Positions 53,220-62,887 of a DNA stretch of 64,000 bases are shown one piece after another; within the stretch, counting starts at the first letter, position 1, and each line of letters begins with the position of its first letter. The stretch lies in NCBI GenBank assembly GCA_965243395.1, contig CBDEUS010000002.1, positions 320,001-384,000 on the forward strand, in the 5' to 3' direction. The position numbers were made by a program, and so were the translations under genes. The notes under the pieces were generated by a model that worked only from the letters and a program-made list of their open reading frames with translations, did no database searches and was not told the DNA's origin. Origin of the DNA: Gammaproteobacteria bacterium (GTDB taxonomy: Bacteria > Pseudomonadota > Gammaproteobacteria > UBA4575).

Positions 53220-54074
53220 TTGCAGTATAGTAATTGCTGTAGTTTTCATAGATATTTTAGCTTCAATCTATTAATAAAGGCTAAGTACGGTTTACATTCC
53301 GCTATGGGCATTGTTGTCAATCTGTTGCTGGTTTTAATCTTTTGCGCTTTCATCAGTGCCTGCAGCACTTCGTCTTCCAGCGGCATGCCTTCTATACCTT
53401 CCACAAATTCTGAGCCTGAAACTGAATCGGAAGCAAGTTCTTCTAATGAACAAAGTTCTAGCGAACAAAAACAAGCAAGTAAAAATAGTGAATCCACTGG
53501 TGCTTCATCAGATGGACAACAAGAACAAGCTGGCGCTGAAAATGATAATGAGCTAGAACAACCCAGTGCACAAACAGATGAAGAAAAGGTTGCAGTACTG
53601 GATGCGCAACTTGAAAAAGAATTACGTGACTATGATGAACAATTACATAAAGAACTTGAAAAAGCTGAAGAGCAAAAACAAGCACAAGAAAAAGAACATG
53701 AGGCAAAAGAAGCTGCAGAAGCAGGTCTAGATGAAGGAGATGAATTTTCTGCAGGGGGAGAAGATACAGAACAAGCAGGTTCAGAAGATGAGCAAATGGC
53801 TAAGGCCGATTCTCAACAGACACCCAAAGGATCAGCAGAAACGACAGAAAATAATTCTAGCCAAGGAAATAAAGGTAAAGGAAATAGCGGAACTGCGCCT
53901 AAAAATATTCCAAGTGGTGATGATGATGACGTTGTCGCCAGGCAACTGCGAGAAGCTGCTGAAAAAGAACAAGACCCCGAGCTAAGAGAAAAACTTTGGG
54001 AAGAATATCGAAAATATAAGCAGCAACAAAGCACTGCAAGTGCACCGCCTTCGAGTGCTACTGATAAACAATAG
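53220..54074 (+). CDS. Putative lipoprotein with acidic disordered region, coiled coil and ordered C-terminal helix (start uncertain; ATG at 53304 possible)
   Basis: Lipobox ISAC|STS; C-terminal DDDVVARQLREAAEKEQDPELREKLWEEYRKYK. Confidence 0.78.
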   Translation: MQYSNCCSFHRYFSFNLLIKAKYGLHSAMGIVVNLLLVLIFCAFISACSTSSSSGMPSIPSTNSEPETESEASSSNEQSSSEQKQASKNSESTGASSDGQQEQAGAENDNELEQPSAQTDEEKVAVLDAQLEKELRDYDEQLHKELEKAEEQKQAQEKEHEAKEAAEAGLDEGDEFSAGGEDTEQAGSEDEQMAKADSQQTPKGSAETTENNSSQGNKGKGNSGTAPKNIPSGDDDDVVARQLREAAEKEQDPELREKLWEEYRKYKQQQSTASAPPSSATDKQ

Positions 54075-54102
54075 ACAATAGAGCTAACAATTAAAACAGT
54101 TT

Positions 54103-55281
54103 ATGAATAAAAATAATAACTACTACTTTTTTAGTTTACTCCTAATTTTAATTCTTACCGGATGCTCGACTACAGCCGTTAAGGTCAGCGACACCGAAGA
54201 CATTGAAGCTGAAACTGTTCAGTTACAGGAAAGCAAGTTACTGGACGTTGGTATATTGTTATTTGAAGGTGAAATCAGTGAAGAGCAGGTAGAAAAAGAA
54301 GGTGTGCACTATAGCATACGTCAAGCTGAATCGCGTTACATGGCATATCATTTAAAAGAGACTATGCAGCGCTCAAACGGCTGGGGAGCTATACGTGTAT
54401 TACCTGAAAGATCCTACATCGCGGATGTTGTTGTTGCTGGCACCATCATGGCTTCAAACGGTGAAGAAATGATTCTTAAGATCAATGTAGGGGACAGCAC
54501 GGGTGCACAATGGTTTGAGAAAACTTATAAAACTGAAGCGGACGAGGAAGCTTATCGCTATTCAAAGCGTGGTAGAGATGTCTACCAGTATATGTATAAC
54601 CGTATTGCAAATGACATTCGCAAGCACCGAAAAAAACTACCTGAAGATGAGTTAATTACCATACGTAATACTTCTGAACTTCGCTACGCAGCAGGTATTT
54701 CCCCTCAGCCATTTGCTAGCTATGTAAGTACAGGGCCAAATGGACAAAGTAGCATCACGCGTCTACCAGCAAATGATGATCCTATGTTGAACAGGGTGCG
54801 AAAAGTTCGTGATCGTGAGTTTTTATTCATAGATACCATAAACGAACATTACTCGAATTTTTACGGTGCAATGTGGGAGCCGTATGAAAATTGGCGTTAT
54901 TACTACATGATCGAAGCGGAGCAACGCCGCGAAATTGAAAGGCGTGCGAAACAAACCAAGTTTGTTGCAGCACTTATAATGATTGCAGGGGTGATGCGCG
55001 GACCGGGCTTATTTACCACAGGCGCTCTTTTATATAAGAATGGAACAGACATCAGTGAACAAGCAGAGATTCATAATGAAGCCATTCGAGAACTTGGGGA
55101 TTCTTTAGAAGCAGAAGTAAGTCCAATGGTTGTCGAAGTTCAAGGTCGAACCGTTGAGCTAACGGGTTCTATAGAAGAACAGTATCAACAATGGCGTAAG
55201 TTGCTACGCGAAATTTATGTAAATGAAACTGGATTTGCTTATGAAGATACTGTTACAGATACAGAAAGTGCACAACTATAA
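54103..55281 (+). CDS. Putative outer-membrane lipoprotein
   Basis: Lipobox LTGC|S; a late hydrophobic Gly-rich hairpin. Confidence 0.8.
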   Translation: MNKNNNYYFFSLLLILILTGCSTTAVKVSDTEDIEAETVQLQESKLLDVGILLFEGEISEEQVEKEGVHYSIRQAESRYMAYHLKETMQRSNGWGAIRVLPERSYIADVVVAGTIMASNGEEMILKINVGDSTGAQWFEKTYKTEADEEAYRYSKRGRDVYQYMYNRIANDIRKHRKKLPEDELITIRNTSELRYAAGISPQPFASYVSTGPNGQSSITRLPANDDPMLNRVRKVRDREFLFIDTINEHYSNFYGAMWEPYENWRYYYMIEAEQRREIERRAKQTKFVAALIMIAGVMRGPGLFTTGALLYKNGTDISEQAEIHNEAIRELGDSLEAEVSPMVVEVQGRTVELTGSIEEQYQQWRKLLREIYVNETGFAYEDTVTDTESAQL

Positions 55282-55354
55282 TGATTAATAAACTAAGCTC
55301 GCCTCCTGCATAGCTTTTTGTAGTGACAAGGACGTCGAAAGATCTTAAAAAGCT

Positions 55355-56893
55355 ATGTCTGATAAAGATGTCACTCCGATTGAAGCAATCGATTATGAGT
55401 CATTGCAAAAACCCGCGGAGCAAAATCAAGACTCAGAACAAAATGTAAAAAACAAATCTATATTCTGGATTGTTTTAGTACTACTAATTTTATGCGTGTT
55501 GATGGTGTTTTTATTCTTACCGGAATATGTTGCTGAAAAACGTCAAATTAATAGTTCAGACCTGCAAACACAAAGCGATACTCCGCCAACAGTAGATGTA
55601 GCTGATCCTGAACCTTCATCAGAAACTTCTGTTGAACCTACAAAAAGTTTAACTGCTGAGGAACTAAGTGCGCTTAGACAGGAAGCTGAAATCCTTTTGC
55701 TTCAAATAATCGAAAAACAAAAATTTTTAGAAAGTAAAGCAGTTAAAAAATGGGGTCTAGAAGAATTTAGAAATGCTATATCTTTAGGCGCGAGCGGCGA
55801 CGAACACTATCGCAAACAAGAATACAAACAAGCAATAACAAGCTATAACGACACAGTTAATTTGTTAAGTAAACTAGAGAAACAAGTCGCTCCTACACTT
55901 ACGATGCACTTAGAAAAAGGAGAGCTAGCACTCATACAAGCGGAAAAAATAATTGCTATTCAGCATTTTGAATTGGCCAAGTCTATTGATGAAAAAAATA
56001 CTCAAGCGATTAATGGTTTGAAACGCGCCTCGACTATAGAAGAATTATATTCCTTACTTGAAAAAGGCGGTAAATTAGAAGCAGCAAATAGATTTAGTGA
56101 TGCAAAAAATACTTATGCGCAAGCAACTGAGCTTGACCCTCTATCTCTAGAAGCCAAAGAAGCGCTCAATAGAGTAAAGAGCCGTTTGGCAGAACTAGAA
56201 TTTACTCGCATGATCAATCAAGGTTATGCGTCACTAAAACTTCGCCAATATGGAGATGCAAGGGCAGCGTTTAAAACTGCACAAGAATTGTTTCCAAACT
56301 CTGACAAACCTAAACAGGGCTTGGCTCGCATAGAGCGAGCTATTTTGGAAGAAAAAATAGCTTCACTAACAGCTGAAGCACAGCATTTTGAAAATGCGCA
56401 AAATTGGACTAACGCAGCAAATAGCTACCAACAACTTCTTGCATTAAATCCAAATTCTGCATCAGCGCAACAAGGCTTGCAGCGCAACCAAGAGCGCGAA
56501 CAAATTCTTTCAAGTTTAACTAACCACATCGAAAATAAATTGCGCTTAAGTTCTGATTCTGTTGCGAACGATGCTAAGAAACTTTTGAATAAAATAGAAT
56601 TGCTGGATAACCCTGGTAGTAAAATAGAACAAGGGGCTTTGACCTTACAAGAGCTTTTAGTATTAGCAAACAGACCTATATTAATTACTTTACATTCTGA
56701 CAACCAAACGGATGTTGCTATTTATAAAGTGGGCAAGTTCGGAAAATTTGACAGTCGTGAAGTCGAACTAAAGCCAGGAAAATATACGATTGTCGGCTCT
56801 CGTTCCGGTTTTCGCGATGTGCGCAAAGTAGTAACTATAATGGCAGAAATGACGGATACAACGATTCAAGTGCGCTGTGAAGAGCCGATTTAA
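55355..56893 (+). CDS. Single-TM TPR protein with C-terminal PEGA-like beta domain
   Basis: TM at about aa 37-55, several TPR-like helical repeats, LKPGKYTIVGSRSGFRDVR. Confidence 0.8.
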   Translation: MSDKDVTPIEAIDYESLQKPAEQNQDSEQNVKNKSIFWIVLVLLILCVLMVFLFLPEYVAEKRQINSSDLQTQSDTPPTVDVADPEPSSETSVEPTKSLTAEELSALRQEAEILLLQIIEKQKFLESKAVKKWGLEEFRNAISLGASGDEHYRKQEYKQAITSYNDTVNLLSKLEKQVAPTLTMHLEKGELALIQAEKIIAIQHFELAKSIDEKNTQAINGLKRASTIEELYSLLEKGGKLEAANRFSDAKNTYAQATELDPLSLEAKEALNRVKSRLAELEFTRMINQGYASLKLRQYGDARAAFKTAQELFPNSDKPKQGLARIERAILEEKIASLTAEAQHFENAQNWTNAANSYQQLLALNPNSASAQQGLQRNQEREQILSSLTNHIENKLRLSSDSVANDAKKLLNKIELLDNPGSKIEQGALTLQELLVLANRPILITLHSDNQTDVAIYKVGKFGKFDSREVELKPGKYTIVGSRSGFRDVRKVVTIMAEMTDTTIQVRCEEPI

Positions 56894-56911
56894 TTAAAAA
56901 TTACAAAACAT

Positions 56912-59329
56912 ATGATTGAACAAGTTTGTATAACTGATCATAAAGGGCCTAGGTTTTATACCCATGCAGACTTTCCTTTATCTATAGGATCGGATGCAAA
57001 TGCGGATTTAGAGGTGCCTGTCATTGATGAAAATTCCAGGCAAAAACAAAAGCCTGCTTTCTTAATTATTATTGTTAACCGAACTTATATTGATGCCGAT
57101 AATTCAAATATTAAAATTCTTCTCAACAACGAACCTGTTTCTGGACAAAAAGAACTCCAACATGATGATATTTTAGAAATAGAAGGTTCAGCCTTTCACT
57201 GTGAACATATTGGTGACACGCTCTCTATTTCTTTGTATGAAAATGATGCTCATTTAGTTAGCCAAAATGAAGCAATTGCCTCTGATGGGGAAATAATCGA
57301 ACCTATTGAAATATCAGAACCTATTAAAGAAAAAAAATCTAATCGAAGATTTAAAAGTTTTTTTGTTGTTATTGGAATATTGATATTTGGTTTACTAGTA
57401 GTTGTTATAGGCTATATTTTTACTGCTAAAACTTTATTAATTGAAATAGAGCCTGCTCCTGATCGACTTGCGTTACATGGAAATGTTTGGCCGATCAAAA
57501 TTCGAGATCGTTATCTTGTACAACCTGGAAATTATTTTATTGAAGCAAGCAAAGATGGTTACCGGCCTTTAGAAAAAGAAATTAAAGTTAGTAATCATCA
57601 ATCGCAAACTTTATCGTTTACTTTAGAAAAAAAACCAGGCTATCTAAATATTACGAGTCAACCTGAGAAAGAAGTCGAAATTACTATTGATAGTCTAAAG
57701 ATAGGCGCAACTCCGATACAATCTTTAGAGCTCGAAGCTGGAACTTATAACTTAGAAGCCACAGCTGAGCGTTATCAACCTTATAGCACTCAATTAATCA
57801 TTGAGGGAAAAGAGCTGGAACAAAATTTAAATGTTGAACTACTTCCAGACTGGGCGGAAGTATTAATCGATTCACAACCCGCAGGCGCCGAAATTTGGTT
57901 AGATGGAGAAAAAAAGGGGGTTACACCCCAATCTTTCGAGTTGGATTCAGGACAATACAGTTTAGAACTTAGACACAAAGATTTTTTGCCTTATGAAAAA
58001 GAATTCTTCGTTGATGCCAACCAACCTATAAATCTCCCCGTAGCCGAATTATTTACTAACCCAAGCCATTTGGTCATTACTAGCACTCCCTCAAAAGCAA
58101 TTGTTGAAATTGCGGGTGAAGAACAAGGGATAACACCATTTACTTTACGATTAAGCCCTAACATCGAACACAGCATTACTCTCAGCAAACCTGGGTTTAG
58201 ATCAAATCAGCAAACCGTAACTTTAAAGCCGGGAGAACAACAGAATATTTCTGCTACTTTGGAAGCGATATTAGGCACGGTGGTTCTTAACATCGAACCA
58301 CAAGATGCCGAAATTTTTATTAACGGTAAATTTATGGGAAGTGGAAACGTAAAATTATCCTTACCTAGCGCAAGTCAACGCCTAGAAATAAGAAAGTCTG
58401 GCTATCAAGTTTTTGAAAGAATGATTTCTCCAGCAGCTGACTCTCCTCAAGTACTAGATGTAACTTTATCGCGCATCACTAGTACATCCGATATTAGTAA
58501 ACCTAAGACTTTGCGTACTTCCGAAGGACAAGAGCTAAAATTAATTTTTGGAGGTAAATTTTCTATGGGTGCTGCACGCCGTGAACAAGGACGGCGCTCT
58601 AATGAAACCTTACATACTGTAGAATTAGTTAAACCGTTCTATGTCAGTGTGCATGAAATTACCAACCAGCAATATTTAGTCTTTAATAGTTCGCATAGCT
58701 CGGGTTCATATAAAGGTCATGATCTATCTACGGGAAAATTGCCAGTAGTAAATATTAGTTGGGAAGAGGCTGCACGTTACTGTAATTGGTTAAGCATTAA
58801 AGATGGGCTAGAACCCGTTTACCGTGAAAATAATGGTAAGTTAATTGCTAAAAATCCTATACCTTCTGGTTATCGTCTGCTTACGGAAAGCGAGTGGGAA
58901 TGGGTTGCGCGGGTTAAAAGCAATAATCAAGTATATCGATATGAATGGGGAAACAGTTTTCCTCCCGATAAAGTTACCGGGAATTATGCGGATCAATCTG
59001 CTAAAGATTTATTAGACCCCATACTACCTGATTATCAGGACAGTTTTATTGTTGCAGCACCTGTAGGAAGTTTTGCCGCTAATCATTTCGGAATTTTTGA
59101 TATGGGCGGTAATGTTGCAGAATGGTGTCATGATTATCATAGTATCTACCCTAGTTTAAGTGATGAAATCTTCACGGACCCGGTTGGTCCAAATACAGGT
59201 GATAAGCATGTAATTCGTGGTGCATCATGGATGCGGGGGGATTTGAGCAGTACACGTTTAAGCTACCGTGATCGAGATAACACTAAACGCACTGATGTTG
59301 GCTTTCGAATTGCGAGATATATAGACTAA
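56912..59329 (+). CDS. FHA-like/TM/multi-PEGA/FGE-sulfatase (SUMF1-family) domain protein
   Basis: About 5 PEGA repeats (SQP.GA.I..DG...G.TP), F.MG, HEITNQQY, PVVNISWEEA..YC.W, RLLTESEWE, DMGGNVAEW, GFRIAR. Confidence 0.9.
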   Translation: MIEQVCITDHKGPRFYTHADFPLSIGSDANADLEVPVIDENSRQKQKPAFLIIIVNRTYIDADNSNIKILLNNEPVSGQKELQHDDILEIEGSAFHCEHIGDTLSISLYENDAHLVSQNEAIASDGEIIEPIEISEPIKEKKSNRRFKSFFVVIGILIFGLLVVVIGYIFTAKTLLIEIEPAPDRLALHGNVWPIKIRDRYLVQPGNYFIEASKDGYRPLEKEIKVSNHQSQTLSFTLEKKPGYLNITSQPEKEVEITIDSLKIGATPIQSLELEAGTYNLEATAERYQPYSTQLIIEGKELEQNLNVELLPDWAEVLIDSQPAGAEIWLDGEKKGVTPQSFELDSGQYSLELRHKDFLPYEKEFFVDANQPINLPVAELFTNPSHLVITSTPSKAIVEIAGEEQGITPFTLRLSPNIEHSITLSKPGFRSNQQTVTLKPGEQQNISATLEAILGTVVLNIEPQDAEIFINGKFMGSGNVKLSLPSASQRLEIRKSGYQVFERMISPAADSPQVLDVTLSRITSTSDISKPKTLRTSEGQELKLIFGGKFSMGAARREQGRRSNETLHTVELVKPFYVSVHEITNQQYLVFNSSHSSGSYKGHDLSTGKLPVVNISWEEAARYCNWLSIKDGLEPVYRENNGKLIAKNPIPSGYRLLTESEWEWVARVKSNNQVYRYEWGNSFPPDKVTGNYADQSAKDLLDPILPDYQDSFIVAAPVGSFAANHFGIFDMGGNVAEWCHDYHSIYPSLSDEIFTDPVGPNTGDKHVIRGASWMRGDLSSTRLSYRDRDNTKRTDVGFRIARYID

Positions 59330-59342
59330 GTGAGTAAACGTT

Positions 59343-59597
59343 ATGATGAATTTGTGTAAATTATTTATTTATATCGTTACTCTGCTTGCATTTACTTTCA
59401 CGATAGTTAACGCAGAAGAAAACGATGGGAATCAAGATGATCAAACTAAAGAAGAACAAGTAACTGAAACAGCTAACAAGGAAAAATCTGTTAAACAAAA
59501 TGCTAATAAACGCAGTCAGGTAAAAACACTAGAAAAATTCATTCCTTCAGAAGAAGTCTCAGCGGATAAGCCTGTAGCATTTCCTGCTGATATCTAA
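59343..59597 (+). CDS. Small exported protein
   Basis: Signal peptide (VNA|E), disordered middle, C-terminal FIPSEEVSADKPVAFPADI. Confidence 0.75.
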   Translation: MMNLCKLFIYIVTLLAFTFTIVNAEENDGNQDDQTKEEQVTETANKEKSVKQNANKRSQVKTLEKFIPSEEVSADKPVAFPADI

Positions 59598-59616
59598 TCA
59601 TCATCAATAATAAAAT

Positions 59617-60414
59617 ATGAAAAAAAATTTTCCATTCGAGTTTATATATCAAATTTTTAGTTTGTTAATAATAATTATCATTGTCCACGCAGCGTATGTT
59701 GCTGTAATCCGGCCTAATGCAGAAGCTGAGCTTGAGCAACAAGCAGCACAAATTAATATTGATAAAGACTATGTGCCTAAACGATCTATTTATGTACTGA
59801 TCCGTGACTATGAACAAGAAGCCTGCTTTATTCTAATGTTTTGGGCTTTATGTATTATGGCCTTCAAAAGTATGAACCTATTTCGCGAGCGCAGCTTATT
59901 AGACAAAGATTTGCTGCATGCAAAAGAAGGAATAAAGTTTTTACCTCAAGATACTCGAGAATTATCGAGGCAAATTCAAAATCTGCCTGAAGACGAACAA
60001 AAATATTTATTGCCCAGAGCACTGAACGTTGCATTGCATCGCTTCAGTTCAACACAAAATATCCAGGATGTGTCTTCAGCAACCACTAATGTATGTGAGT
60101 CTGAATCAGAGCGCCTCGATTCTGAGCTTTCTATTATTCGATACATTACTTGGGCTATTCCATCAATAGGCTTTCTTGGCACTGTGCGAGGTATTGGTGA
60201 TGCATTAGGCCAAGCCCATAAAGCAGTCGAAGGTGACATCGCTGGAGTTACAGAAAGCCTGGGTGTTGCATTTAATTCAACGCTTATTGCATTGTGTATC
60301 AGTATTGTACTGATGTTTATTGTGCATCAATTACAGCTTCTGCAAGAAAGGTTTATCTTAGATACACAGAACTATTGTAATAACAATTTAATTCGGCACT
60401 TACAGGTTAGTTAG
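59617..60414 (+). CDS. MotA/TolQ/ExbB proton channel family protein
   Basis: AIPSIGFLGTVRGI and LGVAFNSTLIAL TM motifs. Confidence 0.92.
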   Translation: MKKNFPFEFIYQIFSLLIIIIIVHAAYVAVIRPNAEAELEQQAAQINIDKDYVPKRSIYVLIRDYEQEACFILMFWALCIMAFKSMNLFRERSLLDKDLLHAKEGIKFLPQDTRELSRQIQNLPEDEQKYLLPRALNVALHRFSSTQNIQDVSSATTNVCESESERLDSELSIIRYITWAIPSIGFLGTVRGIGDALGQAHKAVEGDIAGVTESLGVAFNSTLIALCISIVLMFIVHQLQLLQERFILDTQNYCNNNLIRHLQVS

Positions 60415-60423
60415 GTCGCTGAT

Positions 60424-61785
60424 GTGTTCACTATCAATCCCATTATCATTGAATGTTATGACAATGGAATACGCATCTGTGATGATGAGAAAATTCTTGC
60501 TGATAGCGCAAGCTTTGCATTAATTGAAACAAGTCGACACGTTACCGTAGGTCCTTCTGCTCAACAACAAGCTCATCTTCGTCCTCGTGAAGTCAGCACA
60601 ACATTTTGGAGCGACTTATCAGCTAACAGCACTACTAAGCATGTTGTAAGTAATGCCGAGCTCGCACTTAATCATTTACATTATGTTTTACAGCAAGCCA
60701 ATTGCTCGGATCAAGATGCCATAGTTATCACTCCCGCAACATTTGATAAACATCACTTAGGTTTACTGCTTGGCATTTGTGAAAAACTGCCCATCAAAAT
60801 TGTCGGTATCGTCTGCAACGCTACGCTTGCGATGCAAGGATTTATTGATGATTGCAAAGCTGTATATTTAGATTTATTACAACGAAAATTAGTCTTGACA
60901 GAACTTATTCATAGTAATTCTGGTGTCGAATTAAAAACACCCAGTCGAATTTTTGATTATGGCTTACAGGACTTTGTGCATAACATCGCAAAATTAATTG
61001 CTGACAAATTTGTTGCAGAAACGCGCTTTGATCCTTTGCATATTGCAAAACATGAGCAACAACTTTTTGATAAATTGCCACTTTGGTTGAATATGTTAAA
61101 AAACACGGATAGCACTGAGTGCAATTTATCCACTGAGGACGAATCATTTTCCATAAATATAAGCCAACAACAACTGCAACAAGCTAATCACCAGCAATTT
61201 GATAAAATTGCAGCTTATCTTAATGTGCTTTTCCACAACCATGATGCGATAGCCATTTATTGTTCATCAAGTTGTCAGCAAGTATTTGGTATGCAAAATT
61301 TCTTTTCGAACTTGCCAGGTTGTGCAGTAATACAGCTTGAAGATGATTCTTTAGCTAAAAATGCTTTGCTTAATAAAGATGAAATTATAAGCAAGGAGCA
61401 GGTTTTATACGTAAATAGTTTACCTTGGCATTCTAAATTTAAGCCCGACACTTTATCTTTTAATCCTGGGAAAATATCTAACCTTTCAAGTTTACCTACA
61501 CATATCTTGATTGATGGTCATGCATATGGCTTACAACAAGATATTTATATTGCGCATGACAGGTCTTCAAAATTGTTAATCACACTTGAACAGACATCTG
61601 AGAGCTTATGCAAAATTTCATCTAATAACTTAAGTGTAGATGTTGAGATTTTAAATTCTATAAAAATACAAATGAATTCGATTTCAGTAGAAAATAATGT
61701 GCACGCAAAAATAGGCGACACATTAGCTGTTCAGGACTGTTTGACACATTGTCGGTTTATAAAAGTGGTAGAGCATGAAGCGTAG
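60424..61785 (+). CDS. Hypothetical cytoplasmic protein, degenerate actin/Hsp70-like fold with possible C-terminal FHA-like domain
   Basis: VG..A......P, IVITPATF...LLLGI...IVGIV and VYLDL echo Hsp70/MreB motifs, but the GGG loop is missing. Confidence 0.6.
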   Translation: MFTINPIIIECYDNGIRICDDEKILADSASFALIETSRHVTVGPSAQQQAHLRPREVSTTFWSDLSANSTTKHVVSNAELALNHLHYVLQQANCSDQDAIVITPATFDKHHLGLLLGICEKLPIKIVGIVCNATLAMQGFIDDCKAVYLDLLQRKLVLTELIHSNSGVELKTPSRIFDYGLQDFVHNIAKLIADKFVAETRFDPLHIAKHEQQLFDKLPLWLNMLKNTDSTECNLSTEDESFSINISQQQLQQANHQQFDKIAAYLNVLFHNHDAIAIYCSSSCQQVFGMQNFFSNLPGCAVIQLEDDSLAKNALLNKDEIISKEQVLYVNSLPWHSKFKPDTLSFNPGKISNLSSLPTHILIDGHAYGLQQDIYIAHDRSSKLLITLEQTSESLCKISSNNLSVDVEILNSIKIQMNSISVENNVHAKIGDTLAVQDCLTHCRFIKVVEHEA

Positions 61786-62863
61786 ATCCGTAAATGCTTT
61801 TAATTTAGCTTTTTTGGATGTCATGTTTTGTGGTTTTGGTGCTGTGATACTATTTTTTATGATCATTAATGCTAATACACATGAAAGAAGAGATAAAATA
61901 AATTACGAAGTCACAGGTGAAGTAAATAAACTAGATAAGGAGGTTATAGGCGCACAAAAATTTTTAGTGGAATTGAAAAATTCTTTACAAGAAACAAATG
62001 ATGAGCTGATTCAAGCACAAGGTAAGTCACATGAAGTTATCGAAAATATTAAAAAGAATAAAGATCAGCTTGCAAAATTAGACAAAAACACATTAGCCAA
62101 GTTAGAAAGCATAGAAAAACTAAAGGCGGATTTAAAATCGATTGAAGAAGAGAATCAACGTCTTGAAGGTGGTGCAGAAAAGCTATTAGAAGGTGAGCGT
62201 CTAAGGCAATTTTCTGGTACAGGGCATCGTCAATACTTAACTGGACTAAAAATGGGAGGTGAACGAATATTGATTCTAGTGGACACTTCCGCCAGCATGC
62301 TAGCAGATCGAATTGTTAATGTTCTACGTTTTCGAAATTTGCCTCCTGATGAACGCGTACGCGCAGCCAAATGGCAACAGGTACTTTATACCGTAGATTG
62401 GATTACCACACGCATACCAACTACAAGTAAATTTCAAATTTACAGTTTTAATGAAACGACTTCTGCAACATATGAAGTGGAAGGAGAGCAGTGGTTAGAT
62501 GGAGGAAATATAAAACACCTCGACACTGCAGTACATAATTTATTTCAAATAGCACCTGAAAAAGGTACCAATCTTTATAAAGCATTTGAAAGTATTAACC
62601 AGTTCTCTCCTCCGCCTGACAATATTTATTTGCTAACAGATGGCTTGCCTACAAAAGGTCCCTCGATAAGCTTTGGAAATAAAGTAAGCTCAAAACAGCG
62701 TAAAAAATTATATTCTAAAGCTATACAAGAACTACCAGGTGGCATCCCTGTAAATATCATTTTATTTCACATGGAGGGGGATCCGTTGGCTGCTAGTGAA
62801 TTTTGGAAATTGGCGCAAAATTCTAATGGTGCCTTCTTCAGTCCTGCAAGAGATTGGCCCTAA
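61775..62863 (+). CDS. ExbD/TolR/MotB-like TM + coiled coil + vWA domain protein
   Basis: KRR...AFLDVMFCGFGAVILFF TM containing Asp; MIDAS DTSAS...T...LLTDG. Confidence 0.85.
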   Translation: MKRRSVNAFNLAFLDVMFCGFGAVILFFMIINANTHERRDKINYEVTGEVNKLDKEVIGAQKFLVELKNSLQETNDELIQAQGKSHEVIENIKKNKDQLAKLDKNTLAKLESIEKLKADLKSIEEENQRLEGGAEKLLEGERLRQFSGTGHRQYLTGLKMGGERILILVDTSASMLADRIVNVLRFRNLPPDERVRAAKWQQVLYTVDWITTRIPTTSKFQIYSFNETTSATYEVEGEQWLDGGNIKHLDTAVHNLFQIAPEKGTNLYKAFESINQFSPPPDNIYLLTDGLPTKGPSISFGNKVSSKQRKKLYSKAIQELPGGIPVNIILFHMEGDPLAASEFWKLAQNSNGAFFSPARDWP

Positions 62864-62887
62864 GACATTGGTTTTGACATTATTACT

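Noticed and set aside
56912-59329. FGE-type domain as a diversity-generating retroelement target
   Set aside because: No reverse transcriptase and no template repeat copy of the 3' end seen in the window
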